Assembly: GCA_002269645.1 (NCBI GenBank)
Contig: NIVC01004842.1
Span: forward strand, 1 to 33,666
Direction of reading: 5' to 3'
DNA length: 33,666 nucleotides
Source: Macrostomum lignano
Lineage: Eukaryota
The position numbers and the translations under genes are program-made. Numbering within the stretch: position 1 is the stretch's first letter; each line of letters begins with the position of its first letter. Positions 22,532-33,666 of this stretch are shown here, piece after piece. The notes beneath the pieces are model-generated. The model was not told where the DNA came from and searched no databases. It saw only the letters and a program-made list of their open reading frames with translations.

Positions 22532-25500
22532 TCAAGCCTTAGCCTTCGCGCCGGCCACGATATCAAAGTCCAGCAGCTTGCAGAAGCGGCCCTCCCTGTC
22601 GCCAGCTGGCTGCCCGTACACGGCTAGGCTGACGGCGGCGTCGGCGGCCCCGGCGGCGGCGAGTCGCAGCCGCTTGGACCACTGCTCGCTTCCGTTGGCG
22701 CCGCGGCGCCGGCGCATGTCAAACCAGGCGGCGCCGTCGTTCAGCACCAGCGACAGCGCCCGGAATCCGGGCGCCTCGAGGCGGAACGCGTGAGTCCGAC
22801 CGGCTGGCAGGCGCTGGGCGAGCGGCTCCACCAGGCGGCAGCCGCAGAACAGGCTGGTCTGCAGCGGGAACGGCTCTGGCGGCGGTGCGGACGGCGGCGA
22901 CTCCGAGGCCAGCAGGACGCAGCGATAGACGCAGGACAGCTCGGGGTCGGCTTGGCGGCCCGCGTACACCTGGAGACAGCGGCCGCGTAACTTTGAATGC
23001 ATGACTCGTTTGGGATTGAATGTGACTCATTAACAACGAGTGTGACTCATTCACAACGAGTGTGACTCATCACAACGAGTGTGACTCATTCACAACGAGT
23101 GTGACTCATCACAACGAGTGTGACTCATCACAACGAGTGTGACTCATTCAATGGCAAGTGTGACTCATTAAATGGCGAGTGTGACTCATTCAATGGCGAG
23201 TGTGACTCATTCACAGGGACACAGGGACGAGTGTGACTCATTCACAGGGACACAGGGACGAGTGTGACTCATTCACAGGGACACAGGGACGAGTGTGACT
23301 CATTCACAGAGACGAGCGTGACTCATTCACAGAGACGAGTGTGACTCATTCACAGAGACGAGTGTGACTCATTCACATAGACGAGTGTGACTCATTCACA
23401 GAGACGAGTGTGACTCATTCACAGAGACGAGTGTGACTCATTCACAGAGACGAGTGTGACTCATTCAATTTAAGCGTGAATCTTTGAGCCAATTAAAAAA
23501 CATCTGTTAGTGATTCATCCAACGGCACTTAGCGGTCACTCACCGACAGCAGGCAGGCGGCAGCGCCCGAGCCCCCGGTCTGCGGACAGGCCAGCCAGTA
23601 CTCGCGCCCGCCCTGCAGCAGCGCGAAGGAGTCGCATCTCTCCGCCGCGCCAGGCGCGTATCTGGTCAGGGTGTGCGCGATGCGGAGGCCGGTGCCGGCT
23701 TCGGCGGGCGCCAGCAGCGTCAGCGGCAGTCGCTGGTGGGGCGGCTCGCCACCCGGCTGATGCCGCAGCAGGGGGTCCGCGCCGGGAAACCCGACGCCGA
23801 GGCGGGCGGCGGCGGGCGTCTCGCCGATGGGCTGACTGGCGGGGTCCGGCGGGAACGGCGACGCTGGGGTGCGACGGGTCGACGGCTGCTGGGCGCAATT
23901 CACCAGCAGAGTGGCGGCGAGCAGCTGTTGCTGCTTCTCCTGGGGGCAAACAAATTTTAATAGAAATTGGAATGCCGCTTTTTAGGAAAAGCCTTCTGTG
24001 GGTGGCTCTTCGACTCTCATTCGCATGACTCTCATTTCTCATTCGCATGACTCTTATTTCTCATTCTCATGACTCTTATTTCTCATTCTCATGACTCTCA
24101 TTTCTCATTCTCATGATTCTCATTTCTCATTCTCATGACTCTCATTTCTCATTCTCATGATTCTCATTTCTTATTCTCATGACTCTCATTTCTCATTCTC
24201 ATGACTCTTATTTCTCATTCTCATGACTCTCATTTCTCATTCTCATGATTCTCATTTCTCATTCTCACGACTCTCATTTCTCATTCTCATGATTCTCATT
24301 TCTTATTCTCATGACTCTCATTTCTCATTCTCATGATTCTCATTTCTTATTCTCATGACTCTCATTTCTCATTCTCATGACTCTCATTTCTCATTCTCAT
24401 GACTCTTATTTCTCATTCGCATGACTCTTATTTCTTATTCGCATGACTCTCATTTCTCATTCTCATGACTCTCATTTCTCATTCGCATGACTCTCATTTC
24501 TCATTCTCATGACTCTTATTTCTTATTCTCATGATTCTCATTTCTCATTCTCATGACTCTCATTTCTCATTCTCATGATTCTCATTTCTTATTCTCATGA
24601 CTCTCATTTCTCATTCTCATGATTCTCATTCTCATTCTCATGACTCTCATTTCTCATTCTCATGATTCTCATTTCTCATTCTCACGACTTTCATTTCTCA
24701 TTCTCATGATTCTCATTTCTTATTCTCATGACTCTCATTTCTCATTCTCATGACTCTCATTTCTCATTCTCATGACTCTTATTTCTCATTCGCATGACTC
24801 TTATTTCTTATTCGCATGACTCTCATTTCTCATTCTCATGACTCTCATTTCTCATTCGCATGACTCTCATTTCTCATTCTCATGACTCTTATTTCTTATT
24901 CTCATGACTCTCATTTCTCATTCTCATGACTCTTATTTCTCATTCTCATGATTCTCATTCCTCATTCTCATGACTCTTATTTCTCATTCGCATGACTCTC
25001 ATTTTTCATTCTCATGACTCTCATTTCTTATTCGCATGACTCTTATTTCTCATTCTCATGACTCTTATTTCTTATTCTCATGACTCTCATTTCTCATTCT
25101 CATGACTCTCATTTCTCAATCTCATTATTCTAATTCCTCTTATTTCTCATTCTCATGATTCTCATTTCTCGTTCTCATGATTCTCATTTTTTGTTCTCAT
25201 GACTCTTATTCTCCTGATTCTTATTCTCATGATTCCTATTCTCATAATTCTCATTCTCATGATTCTCATTTCTCAATCTCATTATTCTAATTTCTCACTC
25301 TCATGATTCTCACTTATCATTCTCCCGATTCTCATATCCTTATAAAATTTCGCATCCCCACAATTGCATTCTCGCTCTCGCTCACCCTCTGGCCGACAAA
25401 CAGGCTCAGCAAGAACCGCCCGGCCCTGGGCGGTCGCGCCATCAGTCGCAGGGTAGGCGCCACACCGCCGCCCCCGCCGCCCAGCAGGCAGGCCACGGCA

Positions 25501-28500
25501 CCGCCTGACAGCGGCGTCTCCGGCGCCTCCCAGGCCGTCAGCTGACAGGCCGCCCGGAGGCCATCGGCGGCTCCAACGGGCAACGAGACGACGGCGCTGG
25601 CCAGCCCGTGTCGGCGTCGGCCTCCAGCCGGTCGGAGCGCCAGTCCAGCAGCCGCAGTCCCGCGTTAAAAAACGGCGACCTGAGCAGCGGCATCCGGACG
25701 AACGCCGCCATGGCGACGGGGTCGCGCAGCAGCTGCCAGCGCTTGTCGTCAGGCAGGTGCAGGTGCAGGTGCTGCCACGGGTCCGTTAGGAAGAAAAACT
25801 CGTCCGGACCGGCGGGGGTGGCGGCTGGGCGGCGGCTCCAGCGGCGGCCCGCCTTGGCCAGGCGCCCCAGGCTACGTTGACAAACCGCCAGGCTCCGTCC
25901 AGGTGCACAGCAGTCCAGGTGTTGCGAAATCTGGACCCGGCAGCGGCAGCCGGATTGGCGCCAGGCAGGTAGCTGGCGCCCTTGGAGTAGCCGGCGATGA
26001 GCTGGCAGTGCAGGCCGGCGCGGCTGCACAGCAGGGCGAACAGCTCGTGCGGGCAGGCGGCCCGCGGCCGAGCCGGCGCAGCCAGCCCACCAGCGTGGAC
26101 GCCGGCGCCCGGCTGTCGTAGAGCACAGGCCGGCCGAAGCTGTCGGCCGAGTGGCAGGTGAGATAGACGAACAGCGCCCGGCAGCGCTCCGTCTCGGTGC
26201 GGCAAGGCGAGCAGAGGCGGCCAACGAGGCCGGAGAAGCTGCCCAGAGTCGGCGGCGATTTGTCGATGAAGTCCTGCACCCGAGTGTCCACGTGGCGCCA
26301 GGCGGAGGCGCCGGCGGAGGAGAGTTTCGCCGGCAGCGGCGTTGGCGGCTCCGGCTCCGGGGCCGGGCCGGATATGGTATAAGGCAGCGCCACCTCTGGC
26401 TCGCTGGCGTCCCACATGATCTGGCGAGCCTGCGGGGAGGCCCAGCAAGTTGCGCATGCTACTACTGTCAGTAGGCTACAGAAAAGTTGTGAGTTTTATT
26501 GTCCATGAGGCGGGCCAATGAAATCTCTCTTCTCTTTCTCACTCCCTTCTTTACTCTCCATCGCTCCATTTTCACCTTCTTTCCCACTCACCCACAGCTT
26601 CCGCTCAGATTCTCTCTCAATCCCTGTCTCTCCATCCCCTGTCTCCCCATCCCCTGTCTCCCCATCCCCTGTCTCTCCATCCCCTGTCTCCCCATCCCCT
26701 GGCTCCCCATCCCCTGTCTCCCCATCCCCTGTCTCCCCATCCCCTGTCTCCCCATCCCCTGTCTACCCATCCCCTGGCTCTCCATCCCCTGTCTCCCCAT
26801 CCCCTGGCTCTCCATCCCCTGTCTCCCCATCCCCTGGCTCCCCATCCCCTGTCTCCCCGTCCCCTGGCTCCCATCCCCTGTCTCCCCATCCCCTGTCTAC
26901 CCATCCCCTGTCTCCCCATCCCCTGGCTCCCCATCCCCTGTCTACCCATCCCCTGTCTCTCCATCCCCTGTCTGCCCATCCCCTGGCTCCCCATCCCCTT
27001 TCTACCCATCCCCTGGCTCTCCATCCCCTGTCTGCCAATCCCCTGGCTCCCATCCCCTGTCTCCCCATCCCCTGTCTACCCATCCCCTGGCTCTCCATCC
27101 CCTGTCTACCCATCCCCTGGCTCTCCATCCCCTGTCTGCCCATCCCCTGGCTCCCATCCCCTGTCTCCCCGTCCCCTGGCTTCCCATTCTCAGTCTCCCC
27201 AATGCAACAGCCGTTCAATCCCCACCTGCTCCATAGCGACGCCACCGGGAGCGTCCCTGACAACGGCCAACGAGTTGTCGTCAATCCGACGACCGTCATT
27301 GTTAACCAGCGGCACTGGCAGGTACACAATGCCCGGCTCCAACTGCAGCCTCTCTACCTCATCATCATCAACGTCTGCGTCCAGATTGACCGACCGTCGA
27401 AGGGAGGCGACAGGAGTGGCGGCGGTGGCGCGTCCCCAGGCCGGCAGCCGCTGCTCGGCAACCACGCCGCCCCCGATGACGTCGGCGTAGCGCGACATGA
27501 GCCGGGCGTACTTGGCCGGGTCGTGCTTGGCCAGGGCGCGCATCAGGCGGCCGATCTTCTCGTCGCGACGCCGTCGAAGATAGCGCTCCAGCATGCCGGC
27601 CAGCTCGTCCGTGTCCCTGGCGGCCAGGTGCAGCGAGGCGGAGCTGCCAGCCGGCCCGAGCATCGGCGACACCGAGCCGACAACCGACGAGCTGCTGCTT
27701 TGAGCGGACGACGCGGCGACGCGCAGGTGGTCGAGGCTGCGGGCGCGAGCCAGGCTAGCCAGGTTGGCGTACTGGCTCTCCTGGCGCCGCGAGTCCCAGC
27801 CGGCCGCCGCGCTGTCGTCGCCATCCTCCTCGAAGCCGGTGAGGTCGGCCGACCGGGTCTGCTGCTGGCGCACCGCCCGAGCCAGCGAGCTGCCGCGCGA
27901 CGCCGCCGCGACAGCGGCCGGATGCCGGCGATGGCTGCCGGACTGCTGCCGGCTCTGCCTGCGGTAGGTGGCGCTGGAGTTGGCGCGGGAGGAGTCGCTC
28001 TCGTACGACATGTTGAGGTAGATGGGAGCCTGCTGCCGCTGCCGGCTGTTGTAGCGGCGGCCGTTCGAGGCGGCTTCGCTTTCAACTTCGTCGTCAAAGT
28101 CCAGCGAGACGGAGGCCGATGCGGATGCCGGCTCGTCCGATTCGCCGCGATGACGACTCCGTCGGTGCCTTCGGTAGACATCTGCGGCGTGGTCGGCGTC
28201 AGGGCCTTGAGGGAAGTCGGCGACCTGGGCGAAAATCACAGTTGAATTCGATTTTTCGAAGGCACGCACTCATACACAGGCAGGATATACAGGTGAGAAT
28301 AGATGCAGGATATACAGGTGAGAATAGATGCAGGATATACAGGTGAGAATAGATGCAGGATATACAGGTGAGAATAGATGCATGGTATACAGGTGAGAAT
28401 AGATGCAGGATATACAGGTGAGAATAGATGCATGGTATACAGGTGAGAATAGATGCAGGATATACAGGTGAGAATAGATGCATGGTATACAGGTGAGAAT

Positions 28501-31500
28501 AGATGCAGGATATACAGGTAAGAATAGATGCATGGTATACAGGTGAGAATAGATGCAGGATATACAGGTGAGAATAGATGTAGGATATACAGAAGAGAAT
28601 AGATGCAGGATATACAGGTGAGAATAGATGCATGGTATACAGGTGAGAATAGATGCAGGATATACAGGTGAGAATAGATGCAGGATATACAGGTGAGAAT
28701 AGATGCAGGATATACAGATGAGAATAGATGCAGGATATACAGGTGAGACACGCAGCATCAAACTGACCTTGCCAGGCAAGTGGCGCGCCCGGCTCGAGTC
28801 CGGGGTTGCGGACCTGTGGCGCCGCGGTTCAGCCGGTGGCGCCAGCTGTGATGACGCAATCAGCGGATCAGCGGAAGCGTGCCGGGATCGGCGAGACTCG
28901 GCGGGATTCTGCAAATTTTTGAAAATATGCAATAATTTAGTTGATAGTTGCAACTGACATTCGAGACCCGATCGCCCCCTAGCAACAAATCCTGCAGGCA
29001 GAGCCATACAAATAAGCACGCAACCGCGCAATTAGAATGCAGGAATGCTGTTAAAAAAACTGCGCAGCGCTTTCTGGCTGACTGACGAAGGCCTTCCCTT
29101 CATAATGAATAGCTATTGAACCCGTGCCCACTTGACAGGAATTCTTTACTGCAATATGTTTAATAAGGCAGTTGGGCTCTGCGCAAACATTATGCAAAAA
29201 TGCTATTTAAAAACGAAAAATGCGGTTTCAATACAATTGGCAGAAAAGTAGCTAGAGAGAGTCAGAAAGAGAGCGAGGAGAGTCAGAAAGAGAGCGAGGA
29301 GAGTCAGAAAGAGAGCGAGGAGAGTCAGAAAGAGAGCGAGGAGAGTCAGTAAGAGGGCGAGGAGAGTCAGAAAGAGAGCGAGGAGAGTCAGTAAGAGGGC
29401 GAGGAGAGTCAGAAAGAGAGCGAGGAGAGTCAGAAAGAGAGCAAGGAGAGTCAGAAAGAGAGCAAGGAGAGTCCAGAAAAAGAGAGCAAGGAGAGTCCAG
29501 AAAAAGAGAGCGAGGAAAGTCAGAAAGAGAGCAAGAAGAGTCCAGAAAAAGAGAGCGAGGAGAGTCAGAAAGAGAGCAAGGAGAGTCCAGAAAAAGAGAG
29601 CAAGGAGAGTCAGAAAAGAGAGCAAGGAGAGTCAGAAAGAGAGCGAGGAGAGTCAGAAAGAGAGCAAGGAGAGTCAGAAAAAGAGAGCAAGGAGAGTCAG
29701 AAAAAGAGAGCAAGGAGAGTCAGAAAGAGAGCGAGGAGAGTCAGAAAGAGAGCAAGGAGAGTCAGAAAAGAGAGCAAGGAGAGTCAGAAAAAGAGAGCAA
29801 GGAGAGTCAGAAAGAGAGCAAGGAGAGTCAGAAAGAGAGCAAGGAGAGTCCAGAAAAAGAGGGCAAGGAGAGTCCAGAAAAAGAGAGCAAGGAGAGTCAG
29901 AAAGAGAGCAAGGAGAGTCAGAAAGAGAGCAAAGAGTCAGAATTTCAGAAAAATAGTATTTAAATGAGATAGAAAAGAGCGCCCTGAGCAACTTACCCGA
30001 TTCTTGGATCCCCGCTGGCGCTGCTCCTGCAGCTGCCCAGGCACCGTGCCGGCGCCACGCCAAGCCTCCGCGCCAGTGGGCAAAGGAGGCGCCAGATTGG
30101 CGTAGATCGGCGACTCCGGGCGGCGCGACTTGCGCTGCTGCCTGGCTACCGACTCCGCCGGCTCAACAGAAGATGCGTAGGAGCGAAATGGCACGGCTGC
30201 TTTGGACTTTTTCTTCTTGCGGCTGCTGCTGCTGCTACTAGAAGAGCTGGAGCTGCTGCTGCTGCTAGAGGAGCTGCTGCTGCTGCTGCTGGAAGACTTT
30301 TTTCTCTGTTTCTTTCTAGAAGCAGCAACTGGCTCCGTTTGAACCTGAGCGTCGCCCAGAGACTCGTTACCGACAGAATAGCCATCATCACCTTGATTCT
30401 CACCGGCTGCCGCGGCGGCCGTCATTGACAGAGTCTTGCTGGTCATGCGGCCGATGGTGCTGTCGATGCAGCCGAGATCTTCGTCAACATTGCTGATCAC
30501 CCGGTCCATGGAGATCAGCTCGCGGACAACATCGTCAGCGTGCTGCTTGCGGTTGGCGCTCTCCGGATCTGCTTGCGGCTGAGGCTCCGGCTGGGAGGCC
30601 GCCGCTCTGCCGCGCGGCTTCCGCGCCGCCGCCCGGCGGGCCGGCCGATCAGGCGGGCGAGCTGGCTGCGACAGCGGCGGAGTCGGCGGCGGAGGCGAGG
30701 GAGACGACGATAATTGCGGAGTTGGCGGTCGTGGACTTCGAATTCGCGGCGACGGTTGCGGCCGAGGCGGAGCAGGCTGCGGTTCGGGCTGATAATACTG
30801 TTGCTGCTGCTGTTGTTGCTGATGTTGTTGCTGCTGTTGCTGCTGCTGTTGCTGCTGCTGTTGTTGTTGTTTTTGCTGTTGTTTTGGTTGTTGTTGTTGT
30901 TGTTGTTGATGTTGTTTTTGCTGTTGTTGTTGAAGCTGCTGCTGCTGCTGTTGTTGCGGCTGCTCCGGCGGTGGAGGCGAGCGAAGTCTCGATCGGCGGC
31001 GCACCGGCTCTGCAACCGACGCAGCTGTCACCACCGTCAAGTTGGCGTACTCGGAGGGACCGGCGGCAACGTCCGCAGCGGTTTTGACGGGGCTGCCGCG
31101 ATCGTCTGCAGCGGCGACTGCGGCCGGCGGGTACCGGACGCCGCCGACGCCCATCCTGCCGACAACCTGCTGGCGCGGGCGGCTGTTTTTGGCCTCAGCG
31201 GAACTTGTAGGAGGGCCGCTCACCGGGCCGAGGTACGTGGCGAACGGGAACATCGGCTCGAGCTTTTGCGCCTGCGGCGGAGCCGGCTGCTGCTTCTCGG
31301 GCGATGGCGACTCCAGAAAGTGAACTGAATGATGAGACGGCGGCTGCTGTGACTGCTGCTGCTGCTCAGGTGACTCAGCCGCTTGCGGCAGGGAAGTGAC
31401 CAACGAGGGAACGCCTGGCTGAGCCTTCAGCGCGGTTTCAAAGGATTCACGATGGACACGGGCCGCCCGGGCTGACTGGCGGTCTTGGCGGCGGCGGTAG

Positions 31501-31642
31501 GGCGGCGCAGTTGCTGCGCTGAGGCCTGATTCAGAGAGCCGTTCTGCTGAGGTGCGTTAAACTTGTCCTGCAGCTGGCGAAGCCGGCGATTGCGATCGGC
31601 AGCGCTGCCGAATAGAGATGAAGACTGCCGACTGGATGACAT
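22532..31642 (-). CDS. Hillarin/kyphoscoliosis-peptidase (KY)/LTD-1-like transglutaminase-fold protein, about 1,555 aa if four 1-nt gaps are repaired; exons 31642-29997, 28908-28768, 28224-27226, 26429-25386, 23939-23544, 22969-22532
   Basis: Exon 4 pieces read HELFALLCSRAGLHCQLIAGYSKGASYLPG..RNTWTAVHLDGAWRFVNVAWG and DEFFFLTDP..HLPDDKRWQLLRDPV..PLLRSPFF, matching the hillarin/KY core. Exons 4-6 give the C-terminal beta-rich repeats (PPRAGRFLLSLF, CPQTG..VYA). All five introns are GT-AG, phase 0. As given, the frame is broken near 31443, 26062, 25866 and 25606. Confidence 0.85.
23020..23466. repeat. 20-33-bp minisatellite with invariant GTGACTCAT core, 20 copies (intron 5 of the hillarin-like gene)
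   Basis: TGACTCA counted 20 times; the linkers vary in blocks. Confidence 0.95.
24015..25325. repeat. 22-bp minisatellite (CATGACTCTCATTTCTCATTCT), about 55-60 copies (intron 4)
   Basis: Directly visible; degenerates toward 25325. Confidence 0.97.
26622..27185. repeat. 15-bp minisatellite (TCTCCCCATCCCCTG), about 37 copies (intron 3)
   Basis: Directly visible; source of the SPVSP, IPCLP and GMGRQ pseudo-ORFs. Confidence 0.97.
28281..28748. repeat. 25-bp minisatellite (GATATACAGGTGAGAATAGATGCAG), about 18 copies (intron 2)
   Basis: Directly visible. Confidence 0.97.
29256..29940. repeat. 21-23-bp minisatellite (GAGAGTCAGAAAGAGAGCAAG), about 31 copies (intron 1)
   Basis: Directly visible. 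Confidence 0.97.
30798..30956 (-). repeat. Coding CAG/CAA repeat (polyQ tract); a polyS tract lies at about 30221-30295
   Basis: Within the first exon of the hillarin-like gene; translation shows long Q runs and a long S run flanked by RKK clusters. Confidence 0.9.
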
Positions 31643-33289
31643 GGCAGGCAGTCTGGCCTTCGTATCTTTTGTAGAGAACTAATCTGCTGGAGATCAATAT
31701 TCAAATATTTTACAGGTGGTTCGAGGCAATCGTCACAACATTGGCAACTCAAGGCTGAAATGGAATTGGTTGAGAGAGTAAAGATAATAAATATATATTT
31801 GTAAAATGCTCTGTTGCACAACTTGATAGTGAAAGGAAAAGACACAAGATCAATTAATATTGCATATTGTATATTGAAACTAAATCTTAGATCTTAAAAA
31901 ATTGAAATAATTCTTGACAAAACCATTTTTTAGAAATGTAAAGTTATAGGTATTGAGCTTTGAGGTATCAACTAATAACTTTAATAATATATATATTAAA
32001 TATATGTGTAAAGACAATGCTATAAAAAATCAATCATCTGAGCAATTTTATTTTGATACTTTAATTCCATATAATTTTGTTAATATATAAAGCAAAGCAA
32101 TATTAGCAAAACATGAGACAAAAAACTCAATTAATGAAATAATTGCCTTAACATATTTAAAACTACCTTTTTTACATTTAAAAATATAACTGGACTTGAA
32201 ATAGTAAACTTATTTAGTGCTAATATTATATTTTTCTGGCTTTGAAAGCCCTAAAATTATTTTTTAATGAAGATATTGAATTAATGATGTTATTAATTGA
32301 ATAATTGCTAAAATATTTTCCCAATCAACCATTACTTTTTCATATTGAAAAAGTAAGATCTATAAGTATCTAGTATCTATACTTAGTATAGTATTCTATA
32401 ATACTATATAATAATGGCTCAATCTTTTCATTGCATTAGCTATTCTATCTTCTATACTGTGAGTATTCTATCTATTCTATCTATTCTATCTTCTGCTATA
32501 AATTGAGACTTAGCCAAATGCGTAAACTATTATCCCTTGTATCATCTAGCAGAGAATTATCTTATTTATAAAATGTTAACGTTCGTACAATGCTATACTA
32601 TCTATGTTGTCATGCTGTATGATGTATCAATACAATTCAGTAGCTACTCCAGTACTCGCAGCATGATACAGCGCATGAAGTAAAAATGTGCGTTTATTAT
32701 TTGAGTAAAAATGAAAGCTGTTGAAGTCTGCTGGGTTGAGATAGGTGTAGAAACAAAACACGCCCTGAAAAAACATGGCACACGGAAGCATTTAGTTATT
32801 TCTCTGAATACATTGGTAATCAAATTTTCGGTAATTTATCGCGCGTTTTTGCGTCGTACATAAAAATACTAATGAAAAAACGTCTATCGTTAACTAATAT
32901 ACAAATAAAAACGTCAAATCTAAAACACTAGTATCGTTTTAATAAATAAAAGAAATTATCACTCAGCGATTTTGTTTTACTCGAGAAACTTTAAAACCGA
33001 TTGCATTAAAGTAAAAACTACTGTAGCAGAATGACGTATCATTTAACTTTTGTACATTAAGTTACTGGGGCCTCACTTTATGAACTTTATGAGTGCACCC
33101 TAAAAGCCCAAAAGTAAAGTATACCACATAGAGTTTTTCTGCTAGTTCCTGTTTAAACTTTCCTTACCCACAAATTATGGCTTCGACGCGCCAGAAAAAC
33201 ACAGCTAAAAGTGACCGCCTTGCGAAGACTAGGACTCGATTCCGATTCGAAGACGCATCATCAATCTACCAGAGAATGCAGACGAGGGT

Positions 33290-33666
33290 ATGACAGACTT
33301 TTCATTAAATCTTCCTGACTGAAGAGTTTCTCACCAGTCTTGTCAATGGAACCAATGAGCAAATGTGGTTGGCAGTGAGGGAGTTCCAGCAGTAGAGTGC
33401 AGAAACTGGCGAGGAAGAGTTGCCTGCATGAAAAAGTTTCTGGGAATGGTGCTCTTCATGGGCATTAACAGCAAGCCGACCATACGCCACTACTGCGTCC
33501 ACAGATGCCGAGCGCGCCTTCCCCGTTGGCGATTTCTTCAACTACTGGCCTTTCCGTGCTACAACTGCCGAGAGTTTTATATCAACGACCCATTGTGTAC
33601 GAGCGTAAAGGCCTTTTCTGGACTTGATTAGCGAATTTGTCGCGAAACCTACCGACCAGAGCAGGA
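33290..33666 (+). mobile_element. Decayed piggyBac (PGBD-type) transposase fragment, truncated by the window edge
   Basis: IFLTEEFLTSLVNGTN (cf. FFTDELLxxIVxETN), then in another frame MKKFLGMVLFMGINSKPTIRHY and RWRFLQLLAF (cf. EMKAFLGLLLLMGIxxKPSIxDYW..RNRFxxLLxFLH). Stops and frameshifts present; no TIR located. Confidence 0.75.

Noticed and set aside
23020-23466. CRISPR-like constant repeat with variable spacers
   Set aside because: Linkers are 8-20 nt, repeated in blocks and not unique. The context is a eukaryotic intron with no cas genes. The same applies to all other arrays.
26518-28245. 575-aa plus-strand ORF
   Set aside because: It is a translation of the 15-bp minisatellite plus the antisense shadow of GC-rich exon 3 of the hillarin-like gene.
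33040-33290. piggyBac left terminal repeat
   Set aside because: TTAA sites are present but none is followed by a recognisable CC/CA-starting TIR, and the right end is outside the window.

Overview
Eukaryotic (animal) genomic DNA: GC-rich spliced exons in AT-rich intergenic DNA, with minisatellite-filled introns. This style recalls free-living flatworms such as Macrostomum (inference only). Three genes are recognisable by family: B9D1 (+, 2 exons), a PP1-beta-like phosphatase catalytic subunit (+, 5 exons, including a 52-nt AT-rich first exon missing from the ORF track) and a ~1,555-aa hillarin/KY-like transglutaminase-fold gene (-, 6 exons) broken by four apparent single-base frameshifts. There is also a 2-exon hypothetical gene, a weak 7TM-like ORF and a Q/P-rich orphan ORF. 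Mobile DNA comprises a tRNA-derived CORE-type SINE, a MITE with a 9-bp TSD, a MITE with an 8-bp TSD plus a sibling, a decayed RTE LINE, a foldback repeat and a piggyBac transposase remnant. I found no CRISPR array, rRNA, functional tRNA or clearly new multi-gene system. The best leads are the intron-specific minisatellites, the divergent PP1 and the pseudo-enzyme with a tyrosine-motif-rich N-terminus. All alignments were done by eye against remembered consensus sequences; no database search was run.
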